DNA of 64,000 nt, taken from contig CAWCNL010000004.1 in the NCBI GenBank assembly GCA_963796875.1, forward strand, positions 302,204-366,203, read 5' to 3'. A program made the position numbers and the translations under genes. A model generated the notes under the pieces. The model was given only the letters and a program-made list of their open reading frames with translations. It was not told where the DNA came from and made no database searches. This DNA comes from an uncultured Actinomycetes bacterium (GTDB lineage: Bacteria; Actinomycetota; Thermoleophilia; Gaiellales; JAICJC01). Of the stretch, positions 53,505 to 64,000 are shown in pieces. The stretch's first letter is position 1. Every line of letters starts with the position of its first letter.

Positions 53505-54941
53505 ATGTCGATCGCCACCACAGGCTCGCACCATCCCCATGTCATCGACCACCTGACCGTCGAGGAGCGCGCCAAGCGCGGCCGCGACGCCCGCAAGCAG
53601 GTGTCGCGCAGCAGCCACGCCGACTACGTACCCGCCGCTGACCGCCCCGATCCCGTCACGCTGCTCGAGGAACAGGCCGCCACGCGCGTACCCGAGCTGG
53701 TGCCGATCCGCTACGGGCGCATGCTGGCCTCGGCGTTTGCGTTCTACCGCGGCGGCGCGCGGCTGATGGCCTCCGACCTGGCGGGTTCGCCGGTCTCGGG
53801 TTTGAACGTGCAGCTGTGCGGCGACGCGCATCTCTCGAACTTCGGCATGTTCGCCTCGCCCGAGCGGCGGCTGGTGTTCGACATCAACGATTTCGACGAG
53901 ACGCTGCCCGGCCCGTGGGAGTGGGACGTCAAGCGGCTTGCGGCGAGCCTGGTGGTGGCGGCCCGCGAGAACGGCTTCAGCGAGACCGACCAGACGCTCG
54001 CGGCACGCGCGACGGTGTCGGGCTACCGCGAGACCATGCTGCAGATGGCCGCCGAGACCAACCTGCAGGTGTGGTACTCGTCGATCGACGTGGACGGACT
54101 GGTCGGCCGGCTGCGCTCGCAGGTCGATGCCAAGCGCATCAAGCTGCTCGAGAAGAACCTGGCCAAGGCCCGCACGCGCGACAGCATGCAGGCGATGACC
54201 AAGCTGACCAAGGTCGTGGACGGCGAGCCGCGCATCATCAGCCAGCCGCCGCTGATCGTCTCGGCCCGCGACATGCAGGTCGCCGGGTTGGACGGCGACA
54301 AGTTCGTGGAGCTGTTCCGCGAGCTGCTGCGCCGCTACCGCGAGACGCTGCAGGCCGACCGCCGCGTGCTTCTGGAGCAGTTTCGGTTCGTCGATATCGC
54401 CCGCAAGGTGGTCGGCGTCGGTAGCGTCGGCACCCGCGCGTGGATCCTGCTGATGCTGGGCAAGGATGACCAGGATCCGCTGTTCCTGCAGTTCAAGGAG
54501 GCGCAGGCGTCGGTGCTCGAGGAGTACCTGCCGCCGAGCATCTACCCGTCGCACGGGCAGCGGGTGGTCACCGGCCAGCACCTGATGCAGGCCTCGAGCG
54601 ACATCTTCCTCGGCTGGCTCGCGGCCGAGAACCCCGAGGACAACGTCTCGCGCGACTTCTACGGCCGCCAGTTCCGCGACTGGAAGGGCTCGATCGAGGT
54701 GGAGGCGCTGCTGCCCGCGGGCCTCGCGCTCTACGGCCGCGCGTGCGGATGGACGCTGGCGCGTGCGCATGCGCGGTCGGGCGACCGCATCGCGATCGCC
54801 TCCTACCTCGGGAACGGCGACTCGTTCGACAAGGCCATCAGCATGTGGGCGCACGCCTACGCCGACCAGAACGCGGAGGACTACGCCACGCTGCAGAACG
54901 CCGCGGCGAGCGGACGCATCACCGTCGAGACCGGCCTCTGA
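53505..54941 (+). CDS. DUF2252 family protein (kinase-like motifs)
   Basis: RYGRM..S.FAFYRG, CGDAHLSNFG, FDINDFDE, KVVGVGSVG and LARAHARSG. Confidence 0.92.
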   Translation: MSIATTGSHHPHVIDHLTVEERAKRGRDARKQVSRSSHADYVPAADRPDPVTLLEEQAATRVPELVPIRYGRMLASAFAFYRGGARLMASDLAGSPVSGLNVQLCGDAHLSNFGMFASPERRLVFDINDFDETLPGPWEWDVKRLAASLVVAARENGFSETDQTLAARATVSGYRETMLQMAAETNLQVWYSSIDVDGLVGRLRSQVDAKRIKLLEKNLAKARTRDSMQAMTKLTKVVDGEPRIISQPPLIVSARDMQVAGLDGDKFVELFRELLRRYRETLQADRRVLLEQFRFVDIARKVVGVGSVGTRAWILLMLGKDDQDPLFLQFKEAQASVLEEYLPPSIYPSHGQRVVTGQHLMQASSDIFLGWLAAENPEDNVSRDFYGRQFRDWKGSIEVEALLPAGLALYGRACGWTLARAHARSGDRIAIASYLGNGDSFDKAISMWAHAYADQNAEDYATLQNAAASGRITVETGL

Positions 54942-54965
54942 ACCTCGGCGTAGCCGGGCGCAGGA

Positions 54966-55047
54966 CAATCGTCGTCTGGGCAGGACGCAGGGAGCGTGCG
55001 TGCTGGGTTGCACGTGCGCGACCGAGGACGAACCCAGGCGGCGATTG
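54966..55047. repeat. Structured intergenic stem-loop element
   Basis: caatcgtcgtctggg pairs with cccaggcggcgattg (two G-U pairs), enclosing a gcgtgc-loop-gcacgt hairpin. Confidence 0.6.
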
Positions 55048-55074
55048 AACCAGCCCGCGGGATAAAGTTGCTGC

Positions 55075-55758
55075 ATGCAGCAACTGCTCCCCACCATGGC
55101 CGTGCTCGGATTGGCAGTGGCCTTCTCGAGCCCGGTCTCGGTGATCGCCGTGATCGCGCTGGTCGGCATGCCGCACGGGCTGCGCCGCGCGATCGCGTTT
55201 CTGATCGGGTGGTGCGGGGCGATCGCCGTGATCACCGGTGTGGTGGTGCTGATTCCCAGCGGCGGCGACTTCCGCTCGTCGCACACGATTCAGGCCGAGA
55301 CGGCGTCTGCTCTGGAGATCCTGATCGGCCTGCTGCTGCTCGTGGCGGCCTACGCGATTCACCGGCGGCCCGAGAAGCCGCCGCCGCCCGACCGGGACTA
55401 CACCGATCCCACTCCCGCGTGGCTGGTGCGGCTGGTGGGGCGGCACTGGGCCGTGGCCGCCGCCGCCGGGGGCGTCATGCTCACGTACTCGATCACGATC
55501 CTGGCCGCCACCGAGGTCGTCAAGGCGAACGCCGATACCTTCGACCGGGTGATCGCAATGACCCTGTTTGCGGCGGCATCGATCGTCACGATTGCCGCGC
55601 CCGTGCTGTACGCGGCATTTCGGCCCGAGCAGGTGCAGACCGGCCTCGAGCGCTGGAAGCGCTGGCTGGCCCGCAACTCGCGCACGGTCGCGGTGGCCCT
55701 GCTCGTGGCGGTCGGTGTGGGAATCATCATCAAGGCGCTCTACGATCTGCTCAGTTAG
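55075..55758 (+). CDS. GAP (Sap-like) family membrane protein
   Basis: LAVAFSSP..VIAVI, F..GW, P.W and WL.RN; similar to 3490..4167. Confidence 0.75.
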   Translation: MQQLLPTMAVLGLAVAFSSPVSVIAVIALVGMPHGLRRAIAFLIGWCGAIAVITGVVVLIPSGGDFRSSHTIQAETASALEILIGLLLLVAAYAIHRRPEKPPPPDRDYTDPTPAWLVRLVGRHWAVAAAAGGVMLTYSITILAATEVVKANADTFDRVIAMTLFAAASIVTIAAPVLYAAFRPEQVQTGLERWKRWLARNSRTVAVALLVAVGVGIIIKALYDLLS

Positions 55759-55782
55759 GTACGCACCCGAGGAGGCAGGGCC

Positions 55783-56145
55783 ATGATCGAAATCGAGCAC
55801 GTGGACTTCATCTCGATTCCCACCCGCGACCTGGAGCGCGCGAAGCGCTTCTACGGCAAGACGCTGGGGCTCGAGCTCGAGACGGGCAATGATCGGTACG
55901 CCGAGTTTCGCGCCGGCCAGGTCACCCTCAGCCTGTGGAACCCGGAGCAGAACGGCATGGAGTTTCGGCCCAACTCCGGGGGATTCGCCCTGCGCGTGGC
56001 CGACGTCGAGAAGGCCCGCGCAGAACTCGAGTCGGCGGGAGTCGAGTTCTCGGTGGACACGATCGACTCGGGCGTCTGCCACATGGCCCCATTCCGCGAC
56101 CCCGACGGCAACGCCATGCTGCTGCACCGCCGCTACGCTCCCTGA
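55783..56145 (+). CDS. VOC/glyoxalase family protein
   Basis: DLERAKRFY...LGL and FRDPDGN. Confidence 0.88.
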   Translation: MIEIEHVDFISIPTRDLERAKRFYGKTLGLELETGNDRYAEFRAGQVTLSLWNPEQNGMEFRPNSGGFALRVADVEKARAELESAGVEFSVDTIDSGVCHMAPFRDPDGNAMLLHRRYAP

Positions 56146-56154
56146 TCCAGTCGT

Positions 56155-56192
56155 AAACTACGCTCATTAGTTTTTATGCTACTGTGCGTAGC
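56155..56192. promoter_or_regulatory. Two CTA-N7-TAG palindromes, probable TetR operator
   Basis: AAACTAcgctcatTAGTTT and GCTActgtgcgTAGC upstream of the MBL-TetR operon. Confidence 0.55.
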
Positions 56193-56212
56193 AATCGACG
56201 GAAGGGGACACC

Positions 56213-56884
56213 GTGGCACAGGTACACCAGGTCACCAAGTGGAAGTTCGTCAACTGCTATCTGGTGGTGGAGGACGACGGGCTCACGCTGGTCGACACGA
56301 TGCTGCCGCGCAGCACACCAACGATCCTCGCCGCCGCGGAGCAACTCGGCGCACCGATCACGCGCATCGCGCTGACCCACGCCCACGGCGATCACATCGG
56401 TTCGCTCGACGCACTGCACGCGGCCCTGCCCGACGCCGAGGTGATCATCTCGACCCGCGACGCGCGGCTTCTGGGTAAGGACATGACGCTCGACCCCGGC
56501 GAACCGGCCACCAAGCTGCGGGGCGACTACCGCGGCGCCCAGACCCACCCCACCCGTACCGTGGAACCCGGCGAGCGGATCGGCTCGCTCGAGGTGGTGG
56601 CAAGCCCCGGCCACACGCCTGGCCACGTGAGTTACTTCGATACCCGCGACGCGACGCTCTACACCGGCGACGCGTATGCCACCTGGGGCGGCAAGACGAG
56701 CACCGCGGCCAGGGGTGCCTGGCGGTTCCCGTTCGTGTCCGGAGCGACGTGGAACAAGCCCACCGCTCTGGCCAGTGCGCGGAGACTGCGGGAGCTGAAC
56801 CCCGCCCGGCTCGCTCCCGGCCACGGCGCGGTACGCGAGGACCCGATCGCCGCCATGGACGCCGCCATCCGCCGGGGAGCCTGA
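56213..56884 (+). CDS. Metallo-beta-lactamase fold hydrolase
   Basis: THAHGDHIG, PGHTPGH, TGDA and PGHG. Confidence 0.92.
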   Translation: MAQVHQVTKWKFVNCYLVVEDDGLTLVDTMLPRSTPTILAAAEQLGAPITRIALTHAHGDHIGSLDALHAALPDAEVIISTRDARLLGKDMTLDPGEPATKLRGDYRGAQTHPTRTVEPGERIGSLEVVASPGHTPGHVSYFDTRDATLYTGDAYATWGGKTSTAARGAWRFPFVSGATWNKPTALASARRLRELNPARLAPGHGAVREDPIAAMDAAIRRGA

Positions 56885-56885
56885 G

Positions 56886-57446
56886 GTGGCGCGCCGCGGT
56901 CTTGACCGTGACCAGGTGGTCGAAGCCGCCATCGAGCAGGCCGCCGACGGGCTGCAAACCGTCACCCTGGCGCGGCTCGCACAGCGGCTCAACGTCCGGC
57001 CGCCGTCGCTCTACAACCACATCGAGAATCGCGACGCGCTGCTGCGGCTGCTCAGCCTGCGCGGCATCGAGGGCCTGAATGCGGCCATGGCCGATGCGGC
57101 GGTGGGCCGGGCGGGCGAGGATGCGCTGCGCAGTGTGGCCCGCGCCTACCGCGCGTACGCCCACGCCCACCCCGGCCTCTACGAGGCGTCACTGGCCGCT
57201 CCGCCGTCGACGGACGCCGAGCTGAATGCCGCGGCAGCCCGCGCGATCGAGGTGATGACCGCCATCCTGCGCGAGTGGGAACTGGACGGCGACGAGCTGG
57301 TGGACACCATCCGCGCGATCCGCAGCGGCGTGCACGGGTTCGTCACACTCGAGCGGCAGGGTGGCTTCGCACTGCCACGCGACCTCGACCGCTCCTACGA
57401 GCGGATGCTCGACGCCCTCGTCAAGGGGCTTCGCCCGGGCCCCTAG
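56886..57446 (+). CDS. TetR family regulator (WHG-type C-terminus)
   Basis: LA..L.VRPPSLYNH HTH motif; VHGFVTLE..GGF. Confidence 0.9.
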   Translation: MARRGLDRDQVVEAAIEQAADGLQTVTLARLAQRLNVRPPSLYNHIENRDALLRLLSLRGIEGLNAAMADAAVGRAGEDALRSVARAYRAYAHAHPGLYEASLAAPPSTDAELNAAAARAIEVMTAILREWELDGDELVDTIRAIRSGVHGFVTLERQGGFALPRDLDRSYERMLDALVKGLRPGP

Positions 57447-58858
57447 CCCCCGGCAGCCGGTGCACCCTCGGCATCGAACATGTCCTGGATCTCCTCCAGG
57501 GTCCGCCCGCGCGTCTCGGGCACGATCCGCGTGATCCAGATGAACGACACCACGCAGATGGCCGCGAACAGGAAGAACGTCTCGGCCTCGCCGATCGCGT
57601 CCACGATGGTGAGGAAGAACTGGGTCACCAGGAACGCCGCACCCCAGTTGGCAGCGGTGGCCACCGACACGGCCCGGCCGCGCACGCGGCTCGGGTAGAT
57701 CTCCGAGATCACCGTCCACACCACGGGTCCCAGCGAGAACGCAAACGAGGTGATGAACAGCACCAGGCCTGCGAGGGTGAGCGCGCCGCCGACGCTGAAC
57801 CCGCCCGAGTTGTCGAACGACGCGAACGAGATGCCGACGATCGTGAGCGCGATGAACATGCCGATCAGCCCGTAGCGCAGGAGCGGCCGGCGGCCGAACC
57901 GGTCGACGTAGGCGATCGCGATGAACGTGGCCAGCACGTTCACCAGGCCGATGGCAAAGAGCGTGGCCCGCGACTGCGCCTGGTGGCTCTCGAAGCCGGC
58001 CTTGGCGAAGATGTCGTTGGCGTAGTAGATGATCGCGTTGATGCCCGTGACCTGCTGGATGACCGAGAGCCCGATGCCGATCACCAGCGGCTTTCGCAGA
58101 CCAGGACTGAGCAGCTCCGACCAGCTGGCCTGGCCCTCCTCCTGCTCGGCGCGCAGGCTCTGTTCGATGTCGGCCAGCACCTGCGGCGCGTCGTCGTGGC
58201 CCTCGATCTCCTCCACCACCTCCTGCGCCGCGTCGCGCTGCCCGGTCTTGACCAGGTAGCGCACCGACTCGGGCACGATCAGGAATCCGATTACCAGAAG
58301 GACGCCGGGCACGACGGCCGCGGCGAACATGGCCCGCCACTGCCCCGAGTCCTGCAGCAGGTCGTTGACCAGGTAGGCCACGAAGATGCCGATCGTGATC
58401 GCGAGCTGGTAGCTCGAGACGATGCGCCCGCGCACCCGCGCGGGAGCCATCTCGGCGGCGTAGAGCGGCGCGACGGTGGACGCAAAACCGACTGCCACTC
58501 CCGTGACGACACGGCCGAACGTGAGTACCGGGGCGTTGGGCGCGATCGTCTCGACGGCGGCGCCGGCGGCGAACAGGATGCCCGCGATCACCGCCGTGTG
58601 GCGGCGGCCGATGCGATCGGCCAGATTGCCGGCCACCAGCGCACCTCCCAGCGCGCCGAGCGTGACCCAGCTGGTGATCACCTCGGTGGCCAGCGTGCTG
58701 AGGTGCAGATCGTCCTTGATCAGCGGAAGCGCGCCTGAGATGACGCCCTGGTCGTAGCCGAACAGGAGCCCGGCGAGCATGGTGACGATCGCCACCTTGA
58801 CGATCAGTGACCGTCGTCTGGGCGTGTATGCGGCCGGAGTCGTGACCGTTGTCGCCAT
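57443..58858 (-). CDS. Sugar porter family MFS transporter
   Basis: FGYDQGVISGA, DRIGRR, PES.R, QQVTGINAI.YY and PETRGRTLEEI. Confidence 0.95.
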   Translation of the reverse strand: MATTVTTPAAYTPRRRSLIVKVAIVTMLAGLLFGYDQGVISGALPLIKDDLHLSTLATEVITSWVTLGALGGALVAGNLADRIGRRHTAVIAGILFAAGAAVETIAPNAPVLTFGRVVTGVAVGFASTVAPLYAAEMAPARVRGRIVSSYQLAITIGIFVAYLVNDLLQDSGQWRAMFAAAVVPGVLLVIGFLIVPESVRYLVKTGQRDAAQEVVEEIEGHDDAPQVLADIEQSLRAEQEEGQASWSELLSPGLRKPLVIGIGLSVIQQVTGINAIIYYANDIFAKAGFESHQAQSRATLFAIGLVNVLATFIAIAYVDRFGRRPLLRYGLIGMFIALTIVGISFASFDNSGGFSVGGALTLAGLVLFITSFAFSLGPVVWTVISEIYPSRVRGRAVSVATAANWGAAFLVTQFFLTIVDAIGEAETFFLFAAICVVSFIWITRIVPETRGRTLEEIQDMFDAEGAPAAGG

Positions 58859-58887
58859 CTGCCGCGGCGAAACTATCATGGTTCGCG

Positions 58888-59331
58888 ATGCGAGGAATTG
58901 ACCACGTGGGTGTGAGTTGCGAGGACATCGACCGCGCACTCGGCTTCTACCGTGACGTTCTGGGGCTTCAGGTGCTGGACAGGGGCGTCGAGGACTCGCC
59001 CGGCATGGCGACGCTTCTGGGTCGTGACCGCGTGGTGTTCGAATACGCCGACCTCGATGCGGGCGACGGCCGGGTGGTCGAGCTGGTGCGCTACGCCTTG
59101 CCGGTGGCCGACGGGCTTCCGGGACTGCCGCAGCGGCCGGGCACCGCCCACATCGCGCTGCGCGTCGACGACGTGGCGGCAACGCTCGAGCGGCTGCGCG
59201 AGGCAGGCGCCGAGGTGATCTCCCACGCGCCGCTGCACATCACCGGTACGGGTGGATTCTGGGAGGGCGCCACGTGCCTTCTGGCCCGCGACCCCGACGG
59301 CGCGCTGGTCGAGCTGGTCGAGCGCAGCTGA
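58888..59331 (+). CDS. VOC family protein
   Basis: IDHVGVS..DI...L.FY, HIALRVDD and RDPDG..VEL. Confidence 0.88.
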   Translation: MRGIDHVGVSCEDIDRALGFYRDVLGLQVLDRGVEDSPGMATLLGRDRVVFEYADLDAGDGRVVELVRYALPVADGLPGLPQRPGTAHIALRVDDVAATLERLREAGAEVISHAPLHITGTGGFWEGATCLLARDPDGALVELVERS

Positions 59332-59335
59332 GGGC

Positions 59336-61282
<1,947 letters not shown>

Positions 61283-61314
61283 TTAGAGGCTCAGCATGAT
61301 GCATACTGCGTCAG

Positions 61315-61953
61315 ATGTCAGTTCAGATCGAGTCAATTGCGCGACCCGCTGACGGCGACCCGGCCGGGGCGCTCGTGCTGTTTCACGGCCGCGGCGCCGA
61401 CGAGCGCGATCTGGTGCCGCTGGCCGACGCGCTCGACCCGCAGCGGCGGCTGCTGGTGGTGTTCCCGCGCGGGCCGCTGGAGCTGCCCCCCGGAGGCGCA
61501 CACTGGTACCAGGTGATGCGTATCGGCTATCCCGATCCCGGCACGTTCCTGCCGACGGCGGCCGCGGCGGCGGAGTGGCTCGACGGGGTGCTCGAACGCG
61601 AGGGCATCGACCATGACCGCACGGTGCTCGGCGGCTTCTCGCAGGGCGCGGTGATGTCGTGGACGCTGGGACTGGGCAGCGGCCGGCCGACTCCGGCCGG
61701 CATCCTGGCGCTCTCGGGGTTCATCCCGACGGTGGACGGCTACCCGCTCGACCTCGAGCGGCCCGGCCTCGAGGTCGCGATCGGCCACGGCACCATGGAT
61801 CCGGTGATCGGCGTGGAATGGGGCCGCGACGCCCGCGACCGGATGACCGCCGCCGGCGCGCACGTGCTCTACCGCGAATCGCCGATGGCGCACAGCATCG
61901 ACCCGCGGTTCCTGGCCGACCTGGTGCCCTGGGTCGCCGCCCGCCTCCACTGA
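61315..61953 (+). CDS. Phospholipase/carboxylesterase family alpha/beta hydrolase
   Basis: FHGRGADE, GFSQG, HGTMDPVI and MAHSI. Confidence 0.92.
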   Translation: MSVQIESIARPADGDPAGALVLFHGRGADERDLVPLADALDPQRRLLVVFPRGPLELPPGGAHWYQVMRIGYPDPGTFLPTAAAAAEWLDGVLEREGIDHDRTVLGGFSQGAVMSWTLGLGSGRPTPAGILALSGFIPTVDGYPLDLERPGLEVAIGHGTMDPVIGVEWGRDARDRMTAAGAHVLYRESPMAHSIDPRFLADLVPWVAARLH

Positions 61954-62076
61954 ATAAGAGGGCTCAGACGCAACAAACGTGAATAAGAGGGGTCAGTCGC
62001 CATTTATTCACACCACGGCATTGGCCTCAGCGAGAACGGCTCTTGTGAATAAATGGCGACTGACCCCTCTTATTCA
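61951..62076. repeat. Composite repeat: partial arm, half GTGCC-type unit and REPIN-like doublet
   Basis: tgaataagagggctcag-acgcaacaaacgt, then arms at 61979-62011 and 62045-62076 around a 33-bp spacer; the right arm is identical to 51065-51096. Confidence 0.9.
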
Positions 62077-62078
62077 TC

Positions 62079-62865
62079 TCAGCTGCCCTTGGTTTCCTGC
62101 AGGATGTTGCCGCCGTCCACCGGCACCGACACCCCGGTCACGTACGAGGCGCCCTTCGGTGGCCAGAAACGCGATCAGCTCGGCCACCTCGCGCGGCGTG
62201 CCCGGCCGCCCCACCGGCGTGTGCCGCCCGGCGATGCGCTCCTCCTCGGTCGACGAGCCGGTGTCGATCCACCCGGGCGCGACCGAGTTGACGGTGATGC
62301 CGTTGCGGTCCGAGCTCGACCGCCAGTGACCGCGTGAGCCCGTCGACGGCCGCCTTGGCCGTGCTGTAGGCGCTCGATTCGGGGTTGGTCACCATCGGCC
62401 CGGTGACCGACGAGACGTTGACGATGCGCCCGTACCCCGCCCGCAGCATGTGCGGCAGCGCCGCGCGGGTCACGTTGACCGTGGTCGTGAGGTTCAGCGC
62501 GATCGACCGCTCCCACGACTGCGGTGAGGTCTCGACGAACGCCCGGGCATCATCGGGAAAGCCGATCTGCACCATGCCCGCGTTGTTCACGAGCGATGTC
62601 CAGCCGGCCGAACCGCTCCACGACCGCCTCCACGAGCTCCCTCGGCCTGATCGATGACGGTCAGGTCGGCCACGAACCCCGCGGCCTGCACGCCGTCGCG
62701 GGCGAGTTCGAGCGCGCGCGCCTGGATGCGGTCGGTGGTCGAGGTGACCGCCACCACCGCGCCGCGCTCAGCCAGCACCTGGGCAGCGGCAAAGCCGATG
62801 CCCGACTCGCTGCCGGCTCCGGTTACCAGTGCCACCCGTGCATCGAATCTGGTCACGGCCGCCAT
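62079..62865 (-). CDS. Short-chain dehydrogenase/reductase (frameshifted)
   Basis: VTGAGS..GIG, NNAG, YSTAK and VDGGN. Confidence 0.88.
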
Positions 62866-62883
62866 GCTAGTGGCTGGGAGTTT

Positions 62884-62921
62884 GCTGTGATCTCACAGGG
62901 AGTTCTCAGCATGCTCACAGG
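62884..62921 (+). promoter_or_regulatory. Three 7-bp direct repeats at 11-bp period (PhoP/OmpR-type box)
   Basis: TCACAGG (62893), TCTCAGC (62904) and TCACAGG (62915), plus an inverted copy GCTGTGA (62884). Confidence 0.75.
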
Positions 62922-62943
62922 TAGTGCCGATACGGTGACCGGT

Positions 62944-63666
62944 ATGGCACTTCCCGACTCCTCCCAAACGCCGGCCGAGGCCCGCGTCCTGGTCGTCGAC
63001 GACGAGGACAGCATCACCCAGCTCATCTCCACCGTCCTGCGCTACGAGGGCTTCGAGGTGCGCACCGCCGACAACGGCCGCGACGCCGTCAAGGCGGCGC
63101 GCGAGTTCGCCCCCGACCTGATCGTGCTCGATGTGATGCTGCCCGACCTGGACGGGTTCGAGGTCTACCGCCGCGTGGCCGACCGCGCCGAGCGCGTGCC
63201 GGTGCTGTTTCTGACCGCCCGCGACAGCACCGAGGACCGCGTCCACGGACTCACCCTGGGTGCCGACGACTACATGGGCAAGCCCTTCAGCCTGGAGGAA
63301 CTCGTGGCCCGCGTGCGGGCCGTGCTGCGCCGCACCCAGCGCTCGGCCGGCGATGGGCCGGTGCTGCGGTTCGCCGATCTGGAGCTGAACGAGGATGCGC
63401 GCGAGGTGCGCCGCGGCGAGCGCCGGATCGAGCTCACCCCCACCGAGTTCAACCTGCTGCACTACCTGCTGGCCAACGCCGGGCGGGTGGTCTCGAAGGC
63501 CCAGATTCTCGATCACGTGTGGCGCTACGACTTCGGCGGGGACGCGAGCGTCGTCGAGACCTACATCAGTTACCTGCGCAAGAAGGTCGACGCCGGTGAG
63601 GACACCGTGCCGCTGATCCAGACGGTGCGCGGGTTCGGCTACGCCATCCGCGACCCCAGGAGCTGA
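62944..63666 (+). CDS. OmpR/PhoP family response regulator
   Basis: LVVDDE, LDVMLPD, FLTARD, KPFS, LTPTEF and YISYLRKK. Confidence 0.95.
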   Translation: MALPDSSQTPAEARVLVVDDEDSITQLISTVLRYEGFEVRTADNGRDAVKAAREFAPDLIVLDVMLPDLDGFEVYRRVADRAERVPVLFLTARDSTEDRVHGLTLGADDYMGKPFSLEELVARVRAVLRRTQRSAGDGPVLRFADLELNEDAREVRRGERRIELTPTEFNLLHYLLANAGRVVSKAQILDHVWRYDFGGDASVVETYISYLRKKVDAGEDTVPLIQTVRGFGYAIRDPRS

Positions 63667-63667
63667 C

Positions 63668-64000
63668 ATGTCGCTGCGGCTGCGACTCACGGCAATCGCG
63701 GTGGTGCTGGTCGGGCGCTGGACTGATCGGCGCGGCCCTCGCCACCCACCACTACCTCGAGTCGTTCATGCTGGACCGGCTCGACCAGCAGCTGGACAAT
63801 CCCGGCCCGCGACTGCGAGGCCTACCGGGCGGATCGTTCGCCATGTTCATTGGGGAGGACGGTCGGGTGCAGGTCAGCCCGCGCGTCTCACCGGCGCTGC
63901 GAGAGAACGCCAAAACGGCGCCGGAGGGATACTCGAGCGCCGAGGGATACCGGTTTCTCGTGCAGGAGGCCGGCCCCGGCAGGTTCGTCATTGCCGCTCC
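63668..64000 (+). CDS. Probable cognate sensor histidine kinase, N-terminal part (runs off window, frameshifted)
   Basis: MSLRLRL, a TM segment and L..LDQQL directly after the response regulator; the kinase domain is not visible. Confidence 0.65.
   Translation, partial: MSLRLRLTAIAVVLVGRWTDRRGPRHPPLPRVVHAGPARPAAGQSRPATARPTGRIVRHVHWGGRSGAGQPARLTGAARERQNGAGGILERRGIPVSRAGGRPRQVRHCRS

Overview
High-GC chromosomal segment. The gene content (F420-dependent DDN protein, MMPL, ECF42-YciI, Gram-positive-type LexA box, form II coxSLM) suggests Actinomycetota, possibly Thermoleophilia (inference). It holds about 60 accessory or metabolic genes: transporters, VOC/MBL/GST enzymes, P450-ferredoxin, agmatine deiminase family, DinB, a Tad/VWA protein, NhaA-DsbA and an OmpR-type two-component system. 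Many genes are split by single-base frameshifts, most likely long-read indel errors, so several gene ends are approximate. I saw no rRNA, tRNA, CRISPR, transposase or prophage. The most distinctive signal is non-coding: about 10 loci of related REP/REPIN-like palindromes (GGGGTCAG, GGGGACAGTCCCC and GTGCCTGGCAC cores). These form inverted doublets, three of which share a homologous 33-34 bp spacer despite different arm types. They also nest in one another and repeatedly supply stop or start codons of flanking genes. Other points of note are a 181 bp MITE-like element that supplies a ribosome-binding site, an unannotated 19-aa Arg-rich micro-ORF, and several clear operator motifs. All calls come from motif recognition; no database searches were run.
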